64,000 bases of DNA from the NCBI GenBank assembly GCA_038064675.1, contig JBBTSM010000005.1, positions 4,686-68,685 on the forward strand, given 5' to 3'. The stretch is from Patescibacteria group bacterium. Its GTDB lineage: Bacteria; Patescibacteriota; Patescibacteriia; UBA9934. The first letter of the stretch is position 1; every line of letters starts with the position of its first letter. Shown piece after piece: positions 55,954-64,000 of this stretch. The notes under the pieces were generated by a model that did not search any database, was not told where the DNA came from, and saw only the letters and a program-made list of their open reading frames with translations. Both the position numbers and the translations under genes were made by a program.

Positions 55954-58293
55954 ATGGTTTTTGATGCAGAGCGAATGCTCCGAGCACTTGTTCGGAAGTC
56001 TTTCGAGGCACTCGTACTCGTCACGCCGATCCTTGCGCTTCCATGGACGGTGGATCCGCTCGATGTGAATAAGCAAACATTCTTTTTCATTATTGTTGCG
56101 GTCATGTGCGTTGCGTGGCTTGGTGAGGCGCTGTATTCACGACGCATCGTGTTGCGTGCCGACATTCTTTGGCTCCCTTTTCTCGTGTGCATCCTTTGCA
56201 TTGCAGTATCTGCCGGGATATCGCACGAGGCCTACACAAGTCTTTTTGGGCAGGCAAATCAGGAATATACCAGCGCCGTTACCTTCGCATTGATGCTTGG
56301 AATGGCCGGTGTTGGCGCGCATGTTCTCGATAATCGAGGACAGCATCGCGTGCTCTTGTTCTCGTTGATTGGCTCGTCAATTGTGGGCCTCTGTGCGATG
56401 GCCGCATTTTTCGGTGTAACGTTTGGTCGACTTCCAACGAACGTTGTTGGCACGCCAAATGCACTTATTGTGTACCTGCTCGCAATGACGATTCTTGGGT
56501 GCGGCGCGTTGATTGTCTCTGATGCATCGCACAAGCGATCAGAGCGTATGGTACTGAACATCGCAACGGTTGTGACAACCATTACTACAGTTGTATCGCT
56601 TCTTGCTATTGATTACAGCGTACTTTGGGGACTTGCATTGTTTGGAAGCGTTTCGCTTTTCGCGCTAGCCGCAGTGCGTTCGGAACTTCTTATCAGACCG
56701 GGTCGATATATTTTACCGATGTTGCTTTGTGTATCGTCACTGTTTTTCTTGGTTCTTCCGAGTGTGATCGCAAGTCCATTTCCAACAGAAGTGTCTTTGA
56801 GTACGAAAAGCACGTGGGACGTGACGACTGCAGCGTGGAGCAACGGAGCGTGGGCTTTTGGAACTGGCCCGGGAACATTTGCGATGACCTTTGCACGATA
56901 TCATTCAGCGGATTTGAATTCTTCAGGATTTTGGGATACACGGTTCGATCGTGGATCATCTGCGGTGCTGACGATGTTTTCTACACTGGGAATCCTCGGT
57001 ACGCTCGCACTTATCGCGTCACTCTTTTTTCTTGGGTTCCGCATGCTTCGAGCGTACGCAAAGAATGTTCCATCGGAAATGCTTCCTATTGCTGCAGCAT
57101 GGATGGTGTTGGTTGCTGCGCTATTCGTGTATCCTCAAAATTTCACTCTCATGACGATGCTGTGGGTGCTTACGGCACTTGTGCTCCGTTCTGCGCTTTC
57201 TTCCGGGAAGACTTTGGCATTTGAACGTTCGCCACGTGCAGGTTTTGGTGCGGCATTTGCTTTTGTTCTGTGTGCGGTGTTCGTTTTGACAGTGGCATTC
57301 TCTACCATTTCTCGATATCGAGCCGAAGTTGCGTTTGCACAGGCCGTCACGATTGATCATCAGGGCGGTGATATCGACGATGTTATCGCGAGGCTTGATA
57401 CTGCAGCAACCGCGAATCGCTGGAGCGATCTGTATTACCGAAACCTTGGAAGCGCGTTGCTGCATAAGGTTATTACCGTTGCCCAGGGTGCTCATGCAGA
57501 TCCGGAACTCGTAAAGTCATTCATTGGTGCGGCGGTGAATGCTGGCGTGCGTGCAACCGACCTTGGCCCAACGAATGTCACGAACTGGGAGCTACGCGGG
57601 GACATCTATCGTGAAGTTTCGCCATTGATCACCGATGCGGCCCAGTTCGCTATCGCGTCGTACGATCAAGCTATTGCACTCGCGCCGAATAATCCGCGAT
57701 ATCGGGTAGATTCTTCTCGTGGATATTTGGCGCTTGCCGATTTACTCGCGCCAATGGTGAAGGGTGACGACGTTGATGTGGCAAAACAGGCAAAGACTGC
57801 GCAAGATATTGCATTGCAGAGCGCGAATGATTCTTTGATGAAAGCGATTGAGCTCAAGTCAGATTACGCTGAGGCTCGCTATTACCTTGCGTTCGTTCAG
57901 GAACGACAAGGGAAGCTTGCAGAGGCAGTCGCGAGTATGGAGATTGTTCGCGGCTCTGCGCCAAGCGATGTCGGGGTCGGCCTACAGCTTGCATTGCTCT
58001 ACTTACGCCAGGGAAAGAATGACGTTGCAAAACAGGAACTTGAGCGCATCATCGCCATTTCGCCAAACTTCGCCAACGCACATTGGTACCTTGCATCGGT
58101 TCTCGAACAAGAAAAAAATATCGACGGCGCAATTATCGAACTGGAAACGATCGCGAAGCTTGATCCAGCGAATGAAACCGTTCAGAAAAAGATTGATGAG
58201 TTGAAAGCAGGAAAGAAAGCGGCAACACCAATTCCAGATCCATTGCCCACGGAAGAATCTTCAACACTTCCGGACGCGCCAGTAACACCATAA
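55954..58293 (+). CDS. O-antigen-ligase-like (Wzy_C) polytopic membrane protein fused to C-terminal TPR repeats
   Basis: ~11 TM helices over first ~470 aa, then TPR-like repeats (AEARYYLAFVQERQGKLAEA, GVGLQLALLYLRQGKNDVAKQEL, ANAHWYLASVLEQEKNIDGAI). Confidence 0.7.
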   Translation: MVFDAERMLRALVRKSFEALVLVTPILALPWTVDPLDVNKQTFFFIIVAVMCVAWLGEALYSRRIVLRADILWLPFLVCILCIAVSAGISHEAYTSLFGQANQEYTSAVTFALMLGMAGVGAHVLDNRGQHRVLLFSLIGSSIVGLCAMAAFFGVTFGRLPTNVVGTPNALIVYLLAMTILGCGALIVSDASHKRSERMVLNIATVVTTITTVVSLLAIDYSVLWGLALFGSVSLFALAAVRSELLIRPGRYILPMLLCVSSLFFLVLPSVIASPFPTEVSLSTKSTWDVTTAAWSNGAWAFGTGPGTFAMTFARYHSADLNSSGFWDTRFDRGSSAVLTMFSTLGILGTLALIASLFFLGFRMLRAYAKNVPSEMLPIAAAWMVLVAALFVYPQNFTLMTMLWVLTALVLRSALSSGKTLAFERSPRAGFGAAFAFVLCAVFVLTVAFSTISRYRAEVAFAQAVTIDHQGGDIDDVIARLDTAATANRWSDLYYRNLGSALLHKVITVAQGAHADPELVKSFIGAAVNAGVRATDLGPTNVTNWELRGDIYREVSPLITDAAQFAIASYDQAIALAPNNPRYRVDSSRGYLALADLLAPMVKGDDVDVAKQAKTAQDIALQSANDSLMKAIELKSDYAEARYYLAFVQERQGKLAEAVASMEIVRGSAPSDVGVGLQLALLYLRQGKNDVAKQELERIIAISPNFANAHWYLASVLEQEKNIDGAIIELETIAKLDPANETVQKKIDELKAGKKAATPIPDPLPTEESSTLPDAPVTP

Positions 58294-58301
58294 AGAGTGT
58301 A

Positions 58302-59783
58302 TTGCTTGAAATATTAGCGAAAATATGCTACCTTCAAGGAGCGAGGTGCTCCTTGTTTCTGTTCATCATTTCTTCCTGTACGTCGGTTTCCGACGCGTCC
58401 TTCGGCCACATCACTGACACTGTGGTCGACTCCGCCATTGACAGTTACGCCCAGGATTCCGGAATCCCCGCGGATTCGGAAACCGGGTCCGAAGCGGCTG
58501 AAACCGGAGAGACCGGTAGCGGCGATCTGATCGAGCTCGGCCCCGATGTGTTCGCGGGCCGGAACGTCGTCGTCATCAGCGTCGATACCCTCGGTGCCAA
58601 CTGGGTGGGAACGGGCTACACGCTCAACCTGGATGGAATCCTCGAGGAATCCGTCCAGCTCCAGAACCACAACTGCAGCACCGCCTGGACTCCGCCCTGC
58701 ATGGCATCGCTCGTCGCCGGAAGTCAGGCGACGGACCTCGGAACCGACATCCTGGGATTCGGGAGTGGCGTCGGGTTCAATGTCGTTCCGGATTCCCGAA
58801 CGCTCTTCCCCGAAATTCTGCAGGAAAGCGGGTACAGCACGTACCTGCTGACCGAGAACTCGCTGTTCGGCGGGGGAACGAACACGGGCCAGGGATTCCA
58901 GACGTACGTCAATTCCGACGTCACCTCTGGGAAGGGAGCGCTCACCGCGGACGTCACGGCGTTCGCCGCCCAGGTGGTCACACTCAATGCTACAGGTACC
59001 CCGTTCCTGGCGTGGTTCCATCCGATTGCGCCACATACGCCGTATATCGATGCCGACCAGGACGCCGCGCTCTACGCGGCGTGCACGGACGGCAAGGATG
59101 AACTCCCGGACGACGTGTCGCTCTACGACGACAAGATGAGTGAGGTGGTGGCGGACGCGTGGGATTCCTACGACGACGACACCAAGAGCAACATCGTAGA
59201 CCAGGTCACCTGCGCCTACGGCGCCCAGGTGGCGTGGACGGACGAAGTGGTGTTCAAGAATCTCTGGGAAGAGCTCCTCTCTTCCGGAGCCTTCGACAAC
59301 ACCGTGGTCGTGCTCGTCTCCGACCACGGCGAGGAGTTGAACGACCACGAGGGCGAGTGGGGACACAATCGGCACGCGTACGGCGTGCTCAACCACGTGC
59401 TCGGTGCCTTCTGGGCGCCGGACATCGCCCCGCAGACTGTCACGATCCCCACGAACATGGGAGACGTGGCGCCGACGCTCCTTGGGGCGCTCGGCCTGGA
59501 AGTGTCGCCGGACATGACCGGGAGCGCGGTCTGGGAAATTCCCAGCGATCGGATCCAGGACTTCTACGCGTGTGACATGAGTGGCAAGACCCACTACGCC
59601 GCACTCAACATGGAAGGAGTGAAACAACATCGGACGCCTCAGGGGAACGTAGAGACGTACGACATCTTCACGGATCCTGAGGAGACTGGCACCGCGAGCA
59701 CCGTCACGGACGCTGATCTCCAGTCCGCGATCGACACCCTGCGCATCACGGCGCAGGACGAAGAATGGTGCGGCGGAAATTAG
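58302..59783 (+). CDS. sulfatase/alkaline-phosphatase-superfamily protein (LTA-synthase/arylsulfatase-like), GC-rich
   Basis: VVISVDTLGANW, VVLVSDHGEELNDHEGEWGHNRH; about 65% GC; start uncertain (TTG 58302 or 58353). Confidence 0.6.
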   Translation: MLEILAKICYLQGARCSLFLFIISSCTSVSDASFGHITDTVVDSAIDSYAQDSGIPADSETGSEAAETGETGSGDLIELGPDVFAGRNVVVISVDTLGANWVGTGYTLNLDGILEESVQLQNHNCSTAWTPPCMASLVAGSQATDLGTDILGFGSGVGFNVVPDSRTLFPEILQESGYSTYLLTENSLFGGGTNTGQGFQTYVNSDVTSGKGALTADVTAFAAQVVTLNATGTPFLAWFHPIAPHTPYIDADQDAALYAACTDGKDELPDDVSLYDDKMSEVVADAWDSYDDDTKSNIVDQVTCAYGAQVAWTDEVVFKNLWEELLSSGAFDNTVVVLVSDHGEELNDHEGEWGHNRHAYGVLNHVLGAFWAPDIAPQTVTIPTNMGDVAPTLLGALGLEVSPDMTGSAVWEIPSDRIQDFYACDMSGKTHYAALNMEGVKQHRTPQGNVETYDIFTDPEETGTASTVTDADLQSAIDTLRITAQDEEWCGGN

Positions 59784-59920
59784 CCGCACACAACAACGAC
59801 GCAATCGCGCCCCGCAACGGGCGCGATTGTTCTCTTTTCTTTAAAACCAATCGCGACCCGAATCTCCGAGGAGATCCGGGTCGCTTTCGTCGTGGCGTTG
59901 TCACCGTCAGGTCACCGGAA

Positions 59921-61111
59921 CTAGAACGTTCCGCCGATCCTCACCCCGTTGCCGGTTGGGACCACCGTGGCCGTGTGGCCGTGGCCGTTGTCGATCAGGG
60001 TGATCGTCCCCAGCGTGATGCCCGCGAGTCCGAGGACTCCGGTCGCCACCGAGCCGATGAGACCGTTGCGGTAGCCACCCACTGCGTCATCGAGCTGCGC
60101 CTGCGTCTCCCCACCGTTGGTGTTGTAGCCAACGAGGAGATCGTAGTTGTGACCCGACGTCGCGCCGAGCGCGATGGACGCCACGCTGAACGCTGCGCCG
60201 CCGCCGACCTCGATCCACCCGATCGGCGCCTTGCCCTTGGGCTTGGTGAGCGCCGTGGTGGGGAGGGTGGCGACGATGACGGGCTTCTTGATGCCGCCGC
60301 CGGGGAACATCTGGCGGCCGGTGTTGTCGGTCCACTGGTCGTTCGGGTCCACGCCCGTTGAGAACGCGATCTCCAGGAGCGGAGCATTCGTGCGGAGCCC
60401 GAGTACCAGGTCTCCCATGCTCATCGTTCCGCCCTTGCTGGCCGCGACGGTCTTGGCGAAGGCTGTGAGGAGTCCACCTGCGCTGTACTTGCCCTCCGGG
60501 CCCGCGCTGATCGCGAACCCATCCGACATTTCCGCATCGCGCCAATCGTTGGCCGTGAAGCCGAACGTCGGGCCCAGGTCGCTGGTGGACTTGGACACGT
60601 CGTGCGACGCGTCCAGCACACCGATCGCCACGTCGCTGAGGGTCTTCATGCGGGTCGTGATGTCCGACCATGGGATGCCACCGCCCGGGCACATCGCAAC
60701 CTCGTCGTTCATGTCGCCGCCTTTGGCGAGGCCGGCGTACAGGAAGCCGAGCTTCGCGTAGCGCCCGTCCTCGCCGAGTTCGGCGTGGAGGACATCCATG
60801 GTGGCGTCGAATTCCGTAGGCGTGGGGTTGAACAGTCGAACGACGCGGGTGTCGTTGCGTGTGCTGAGCGCGTCCGCGGCGGCGTGGGCATCGATCGCGA
60901 AGTCCTGCACAGCCGTGGTGTACTTGAGCTGGTTCTGAGTGTCCGTAGGCCAGCACTCCATCACCACGGCGAGTACCGTGTTCTCCGCCTTGCCCCCGAA
61001 TGGGGCAATCTCGACGAGGTGTTCCTCGGCAAGAGCTGGGGTTGGTGCGGCGGGAGCGGGGGTGGCTGCGAAGGCCGGGAGAGTGGAGAGGAGAAGGAGC
61101 AGGCTGGTCAT
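59921..61111 (-). CDS. secreted hypothetical protein (396 aa), GC-rich
   Basis: signal peptide MTSLLLLLSTLPAFAATPAPA; Gly-rich C-terminal half; mirror-strand ORFs in this region judged spurious. Confidence 0.5.
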   Translation of the reverse strand: MTSLLLLLSTLPAFAATPAPAAPTPALAEEHLVEIAPFGGKAENTVLAVVMECWPTDTQNQLKYTTAVQDFAIDAHAAADALSTRNDTRVVRLFNPTPTEFDATMDVLHAELGEDGRYAKLGFLYAGLAKGGDMNDEVAMCPGGGIPWSDITTRMKTLSDVAIGVLDASHDVSKSTSDLGPTFGFTANDWRDAEMSDGFAISAGPEGKYSAGGLLTAFAKTVAASKGGTMSMGDLVLGLRTNAPLLEIAFSTGVDPNDQWTDNTGRQMFPGGGIKKPVIVATLPTTALTKPKGKAPIGWIEVGGGAAFSVASIALGATSGHNYDLLVGYNTNGGETQAQLDDAVGGYRNGLIGSVATGVLGLAGITLGTITLIDNGHGHTATVVPTGNGVRIGGTF

Positions 61112-61230
61112 GGCTTTAAGCCTCCGGAAAGGAGCGAGTTGTCGTTGAACCCCCGAAAGGGAGGGCTAATCGTAGCCGAAAATTGCGAAAAGGTCAATTT
61201 GAGAGTAGGCTACGGGTAATTTTTCTTTCT

Positions 61231-62307
61231 ATGCTAAACGTTGGAATTGTTGGGCTGCCAAATGTCGGAAAATCGACTCTTTTCACCGCGCTCACCAAGA
61301 AGCAAGTGGACTGCGCAAATTTCCCATTTTGTACGATTGAACCAAATGTTGGAACGGTTTCGGTTCCTGACGAGCGCATCGCAAAGCTTGCGGCAATTTC
61401 GGGCACCACAAAATTGATTCCAACTGCTATCGAATTCGTCGATATCGCTGGTCTCGTTAAGGGAGCACATAAGGGCGAGGGGCTTGGTAATAAATTTCTT
61501 GCGAACATTCGCGAAACTGACATGATTGTTCACGTGGTTCGGGCGTTTCCGGATCCAAATGTGGTTCACGTGGATGGATCGATCGATCCGAAGCGCGATG
61601 TTGAAGTTATCGAGCTTGAACTTGCGATGGCGGATCTTTCAACGGTCGAGAAAATGCTGAGCACCGTAACGGGGAAGATGAAGGCGGGGAAGAATGCCGA
61701 TCTCGTCGCACAGGCGTCGGCGCTTGAGAAACTTCAGATCGCATTGTTGAAAGGCGAACTCGCACGGGGCGTCGAGTTTACCGATGACGAAGCGATGTTC
61801 ATGAAGACGATGTCGTTGCTTACTGCGAAACCAATTTTGTACGTCGTCAACGTGGACGAAGCTGATGCAACACGTGCAGATTGGGTGTCGCCACTTGGGC
61901 CAACGCGTATGGCGATTCCAATTTCGGTGAAGATTGAAGCAGAGATCGCCGGCCTTTCTGCTGAAGATGCCAAAATGTTTTTGGCAGATATCGGATTAAA
62001 AGAATCCGGACTCGATCGCGTGATTCGCGAGTGCTACAAATTGTTGAATCTCATCACGTACTTTACAACTGGAGTACAAGAAACGCGTGCATGGACAATT
62101 TTGGTTGGCACAAAGGCACCGCAAGCCGCTGCGGTCATTCACACCGACTTCGAAAAGAACTTTATTCGCGCTGAAGTCATTTCCTATATGGATTTCATCG
62201 CCTGCAATGGTGAGGCTGGTGCTCGCGATACTGGTAAACTACGGATTGAGGGAAAGGAATATACTATGCAGGACGGTGATGTTTGTCACTTTAGAGTGAA
62301 TGTCTAA
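61231..62307 (+). CDS. ychF: ribosome-binding ATPase YchF (Obg-like GTPase family)
   Basis: MLNVGIVGLPNVGKSTLFTALT, DIAGLVKGA, C-terminal TGS domain. Confidence 0.9.
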   Translation: MLNVGIVGLPNVGKSTLFTALTKKQVDCANFPFCTIEPNVGTVSVPDERIAKLAAISGTTKLIPTAIEFVDIAGLVKGAHKGEGLGNKFLANIRETDMIVHVVRAFPDPNVVHVDGSIDPKRDVEVIELELAMADLSTVEKMLSTVTGKMKAGKNADLVAQASALEKLQIALLKGELARGVEFTDDEAMFMKTMSLLTAKPILYVVNVDEADATRADWVSPLGPTRMAIPISVKIEAEIAGLSAEDAKMFLADIGLKESGLDRVIRECYKLLNLITYFTTGVQETRAWTILVGTKAPQAAAVIHTDFEKNFIRAEVISYMDFIACNGEAGARDTGKLRIEGKEYTMQDGDVCHFRVNV

Positions 62308-62319
62308 ATTGAATCGACT

Positions 62320-62664
62320 ATGGCCAATTCTGTTGTCATGCGATCGGAGCGCAAGGCGTTTGATCGACTCAAATCAGGAAAGACGGTTTGGGAAGTCCGC
62401 TTGAACGATGATAAGCGCAAATGCATCGGAGTCGGTGACGAAATTGTTTTCATGCGCCGACCCGAGCTTGAAGATCGATTACCAATGATCGTTGAGGAGA
62501 AAGTTCCATTTACGAACGTGCAACGACTTCTTGATAAGATCGATCTTGCCGATATCGGTGACTACGGCAACGAGCTTGAGTTTATACAACAGTTGATGAC
62601 GCACTACACGCCGGGGGAGATGAATGAGAAAGGATTGGTCGCATTCAAAATGCGCCTCGCGTAA
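62320..62664 (+). CDS. ASCH-domain protein
   Basis: 114 aa; AFDRLKSGKTVWEVRLNDDKRKCIGVGDEIVFMRR typical ASCH/YqfB-like pattern. Confidence 0.55.
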   Translation: MANSVVMRSERKAFDRLKSGKTVWEVRLNDDKRKCIGVGDEIVFMRRPELEDRLPMIVEEKVPFTNVQRLLDKIDLADIGDYGNELEFIQQLMTHYTPGEMNEKGLVAFKMRLA

Positions 62665-62690
62665 GGTGTGACACAACATTTGCATCAAAA

Positions 62691-62712
62691 ACGAGCCGAT
62701 TAGGCTCGTCTT
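62691..62712. terminator. bidirectional hairpin terminator
   Basis: aaaacgagcc-gatta-ggctcgtcttt between convergent genes. Confidence 0.4.
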
Positions 62713-62722
62713 TGATGATTGA

Positions 62723-63904
62723 TTAGTTTTTAGTGAACCGCCACATGCGACGGCCGACGAGCTGGCCATCGTGGCGGTAGATGACGGGTTCGTACGGAAG
62801 CGGGGAATGCGTGTAGCCGAGGGGTTCAAGAATGGTGCGGGCATCGAACGCGATGTCTTTGCCCTCGAACGTGTGCACTGGGGCGGCGATGAGGAGCATT
62901 GCTCCCGATCGGAGACTCGGCGCGATCGCAGTGAACGCTTCGCGGTAGAGGTTTGCAACGTAAGAAATGGCGTCGTCTACTTCGCGATGCGTCTCTGTGC
63001 CTTTTCGTGGACGACCGAGATAGGTTTCGGTGACGATGGCGTCGATTGATCCTGGTTTGAGATTTAGGCTGACGGTTTGTGCGGAGTTTGGATACAGCTT
63101 GTATGGCGGCATTGGCATTCCTTGGTTGCGCATCCACTCCAAGTTTTCCTTGGTGTCAGCTGTCGCCTCCGCATTGATGTCGCTTCCAACAAGGGACTGC
63201 GCACCGAGGAGCGCGGCTTCCATGAGAATGGTTCCAGATCCGCAGAATGGATCCATGACTGTCGATGAGGAAACGTCGGCGCCGGAGAGATTTACCATCA
63301 TGCGGGCGAGTTTTGGCGGAAGCATGCCTTGTTTTGCATTGCGACGAGGGCGGCCGAAGTCGCGACCAGCCCAAGCATCCACGTCCTGTACGCCAACCGT
63401 CTTGCCGATGAGAATTTCTGTTGTGCTCACAAAGAAACAATATTCTGCACCGCGTTCGAGGAGATGGTTCTTTGTGATGACCACCGATGAAAGTGTTGGG
63501 GAAGAAGAGATGACGTAGCGCGCTGGATGATCGGCTTTCTGAAGCTCGGACTTGATTTCCATGCCAAGCTTGGATGCATTACGTCGTGCGTTCTCGGTCC
63601 CGCTGTTGTTGCCGAGATTGTACACGCTGGTTCCAAAATGAATTTTGCCTTCAGCAGATTCGGAAAGGAGATCATTCACAAGGAACTCGGCAAGATCGGC
63701 ATGGTTCCAGGTTGGGACGGATCCAATGATGACGCCGATCTTTTGAATGCCGCCAAGCTTGGCGTTGAGCGTTTCAAGGTTCTCGCTCATGTCGTCGAAG
63801 ATCGCAACGTCGCCAACGGTTTGTGTTGGTTTCTGGCCCGTGATGACGGCGAGCTCGGCAAGCGAAAGAGTCGGGTGGCTTCCAAGGATGGCAAAGGTTT
63901 GCAT
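62723..63904 (-). CDS. class I SAM-dependent RNA methyltransferase with N-terminal THUMP-like region (Trm11/RlmL-like)
   Basis: 393 aa; SAM motif I VMDPFCGSGTILMEAALLGA; DPPY-like region LIAAPVHTF. Confidence 0.7.
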   Translation of the reverse strand: MQTFAILGSHPTLSLAELAVITGQKPTQTVGDVAIFDDMSENLETLNAKLGGIQKIGVIIGSVPTWNHADLAEFLVNDLLSESAEGKIHFGTSVYNLGNNSGTENARRNASKLGMEIKSELQKADHPARYVISSSPTLSSVVITKNHLLERGAEYCFFVSTTEILIGKTVGVQDVDAWAGRDFGRPRRNAKQGMLPPKLARMMVNLSGADVSSSTVMDPFCGSGTILMEAALLGAQSLVGSDINAEATADTKENLEWMRNQGMPMPPYKLYPNSAQTVSLNLKPGSIDAIVTETYLGRPRKGTETHREVDDAISYVANLYREAFTAIAPSLRSGAMLLIAAPVHTFEGKDIAFDARTILEPLGYTHSPLPYEPVIYRHDGQLVGRRMWRFTKN

Positions 63905-64000
63905 ATTGCGCGAAGTGTAGAGAAAATTAAGGAAAGTTGAAAGTATTTGAAGAGAAGAATTGTTTTATTTTAGACCAATTTCTGCGCGCATCGAGCAAAT

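Noticed and set aside
58314-59804. 496-aa minus-strand ORF mirroring the sulfatase gene, plus further long ORFs on both strands at 59995-61219
   Set aside because: High-GC DNA produces long stop-free mirror frames. The plus-strand sulfatase-like product and the minus-strand secreted protein have recognisable protein features, while the mirrors are Arg/Pro/Gly-rich nonsense.

Overview
This window reads as a chromosomal segment from a small-genome bacterium. The gene content and architecture look CPR/Patescibacteria-like, possibly Saccharibacteria, but that is inference from content only. Backbone GC is about 48-50%.

It contains the replication-origin neighbourhood, in the order yidD-rnpA-rpmH on one side, then oriC, then dnaA-dnaN on the other, with DnaA boxes on both sides of dnaA. 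The housekeeping genes I can support include:
- DNA replication and repair: polA, holA, dnaA, dnaN, nfo, rmuC, comM, a Xer recombinase and a PIF1/RecD-like helicase.
- Translation and RNA turnover: rpsT, rpsO, pnp, rpmH, rnpA, ychF, tig and an RNA methyltransferase.
- Envelope: class A PBP, an LysM+M23 peptidase, lspA, mscL and a 3D-domain protein.
- Redox and iron: iscS, a ferredoxin with an FAD oxidoreductase, a thioredoxin-like protein and a VIT family transporter.
- Five tRNAs: Cys-GCA, His-GTG, Arg-TCT, Arg-CCT and Ala-CGC.

Accessory or unusual content:
1. A family of about 105-125 nt repeats with strongly covarying helices, at roughly 2.5, 40.8 and 46.9 kb, plus a possible divergent copy at 46.5 kb. 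Most sit directly 3' of tRNA genes.
2. A frameshifted Nudix hydrolase gene bracketed exactly, start to stop, by perfect 29-bp inverted repeats (7562-8076).
3. A tandem array of four paralogous TrmB-like HTH regulators (19.2-25.7 kb). Each is transcribed divergently from short cargo ORFs that are often GC-rich or frameshifted, and two cargos end in the same 44-nt terminator-like repeat.
4. A thrice-repeated 16-20 bp palindrome, TTGTTTCACGTGAAACAA, in the tRNA-rich intergenic hub upstream of a long cell-surface gene cluster (47.4-58.3 kb). That cluster includes an 833-aa protein with six tandem 43-aa six-cysteine repeats, a 1400-aa fibre-like protein and an O-antigen-ligase/TPR fusion.
5. A 65% GC island (58.3-61.1 kb) encoding a sulfatase-family protein and a secreted protein.

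No CRISPR array, rRNA or recognisable transposase was seen. Start codons were adjusted by eye. The ORF track shows non-ATG starts as M, so several N-termini are uncertain.
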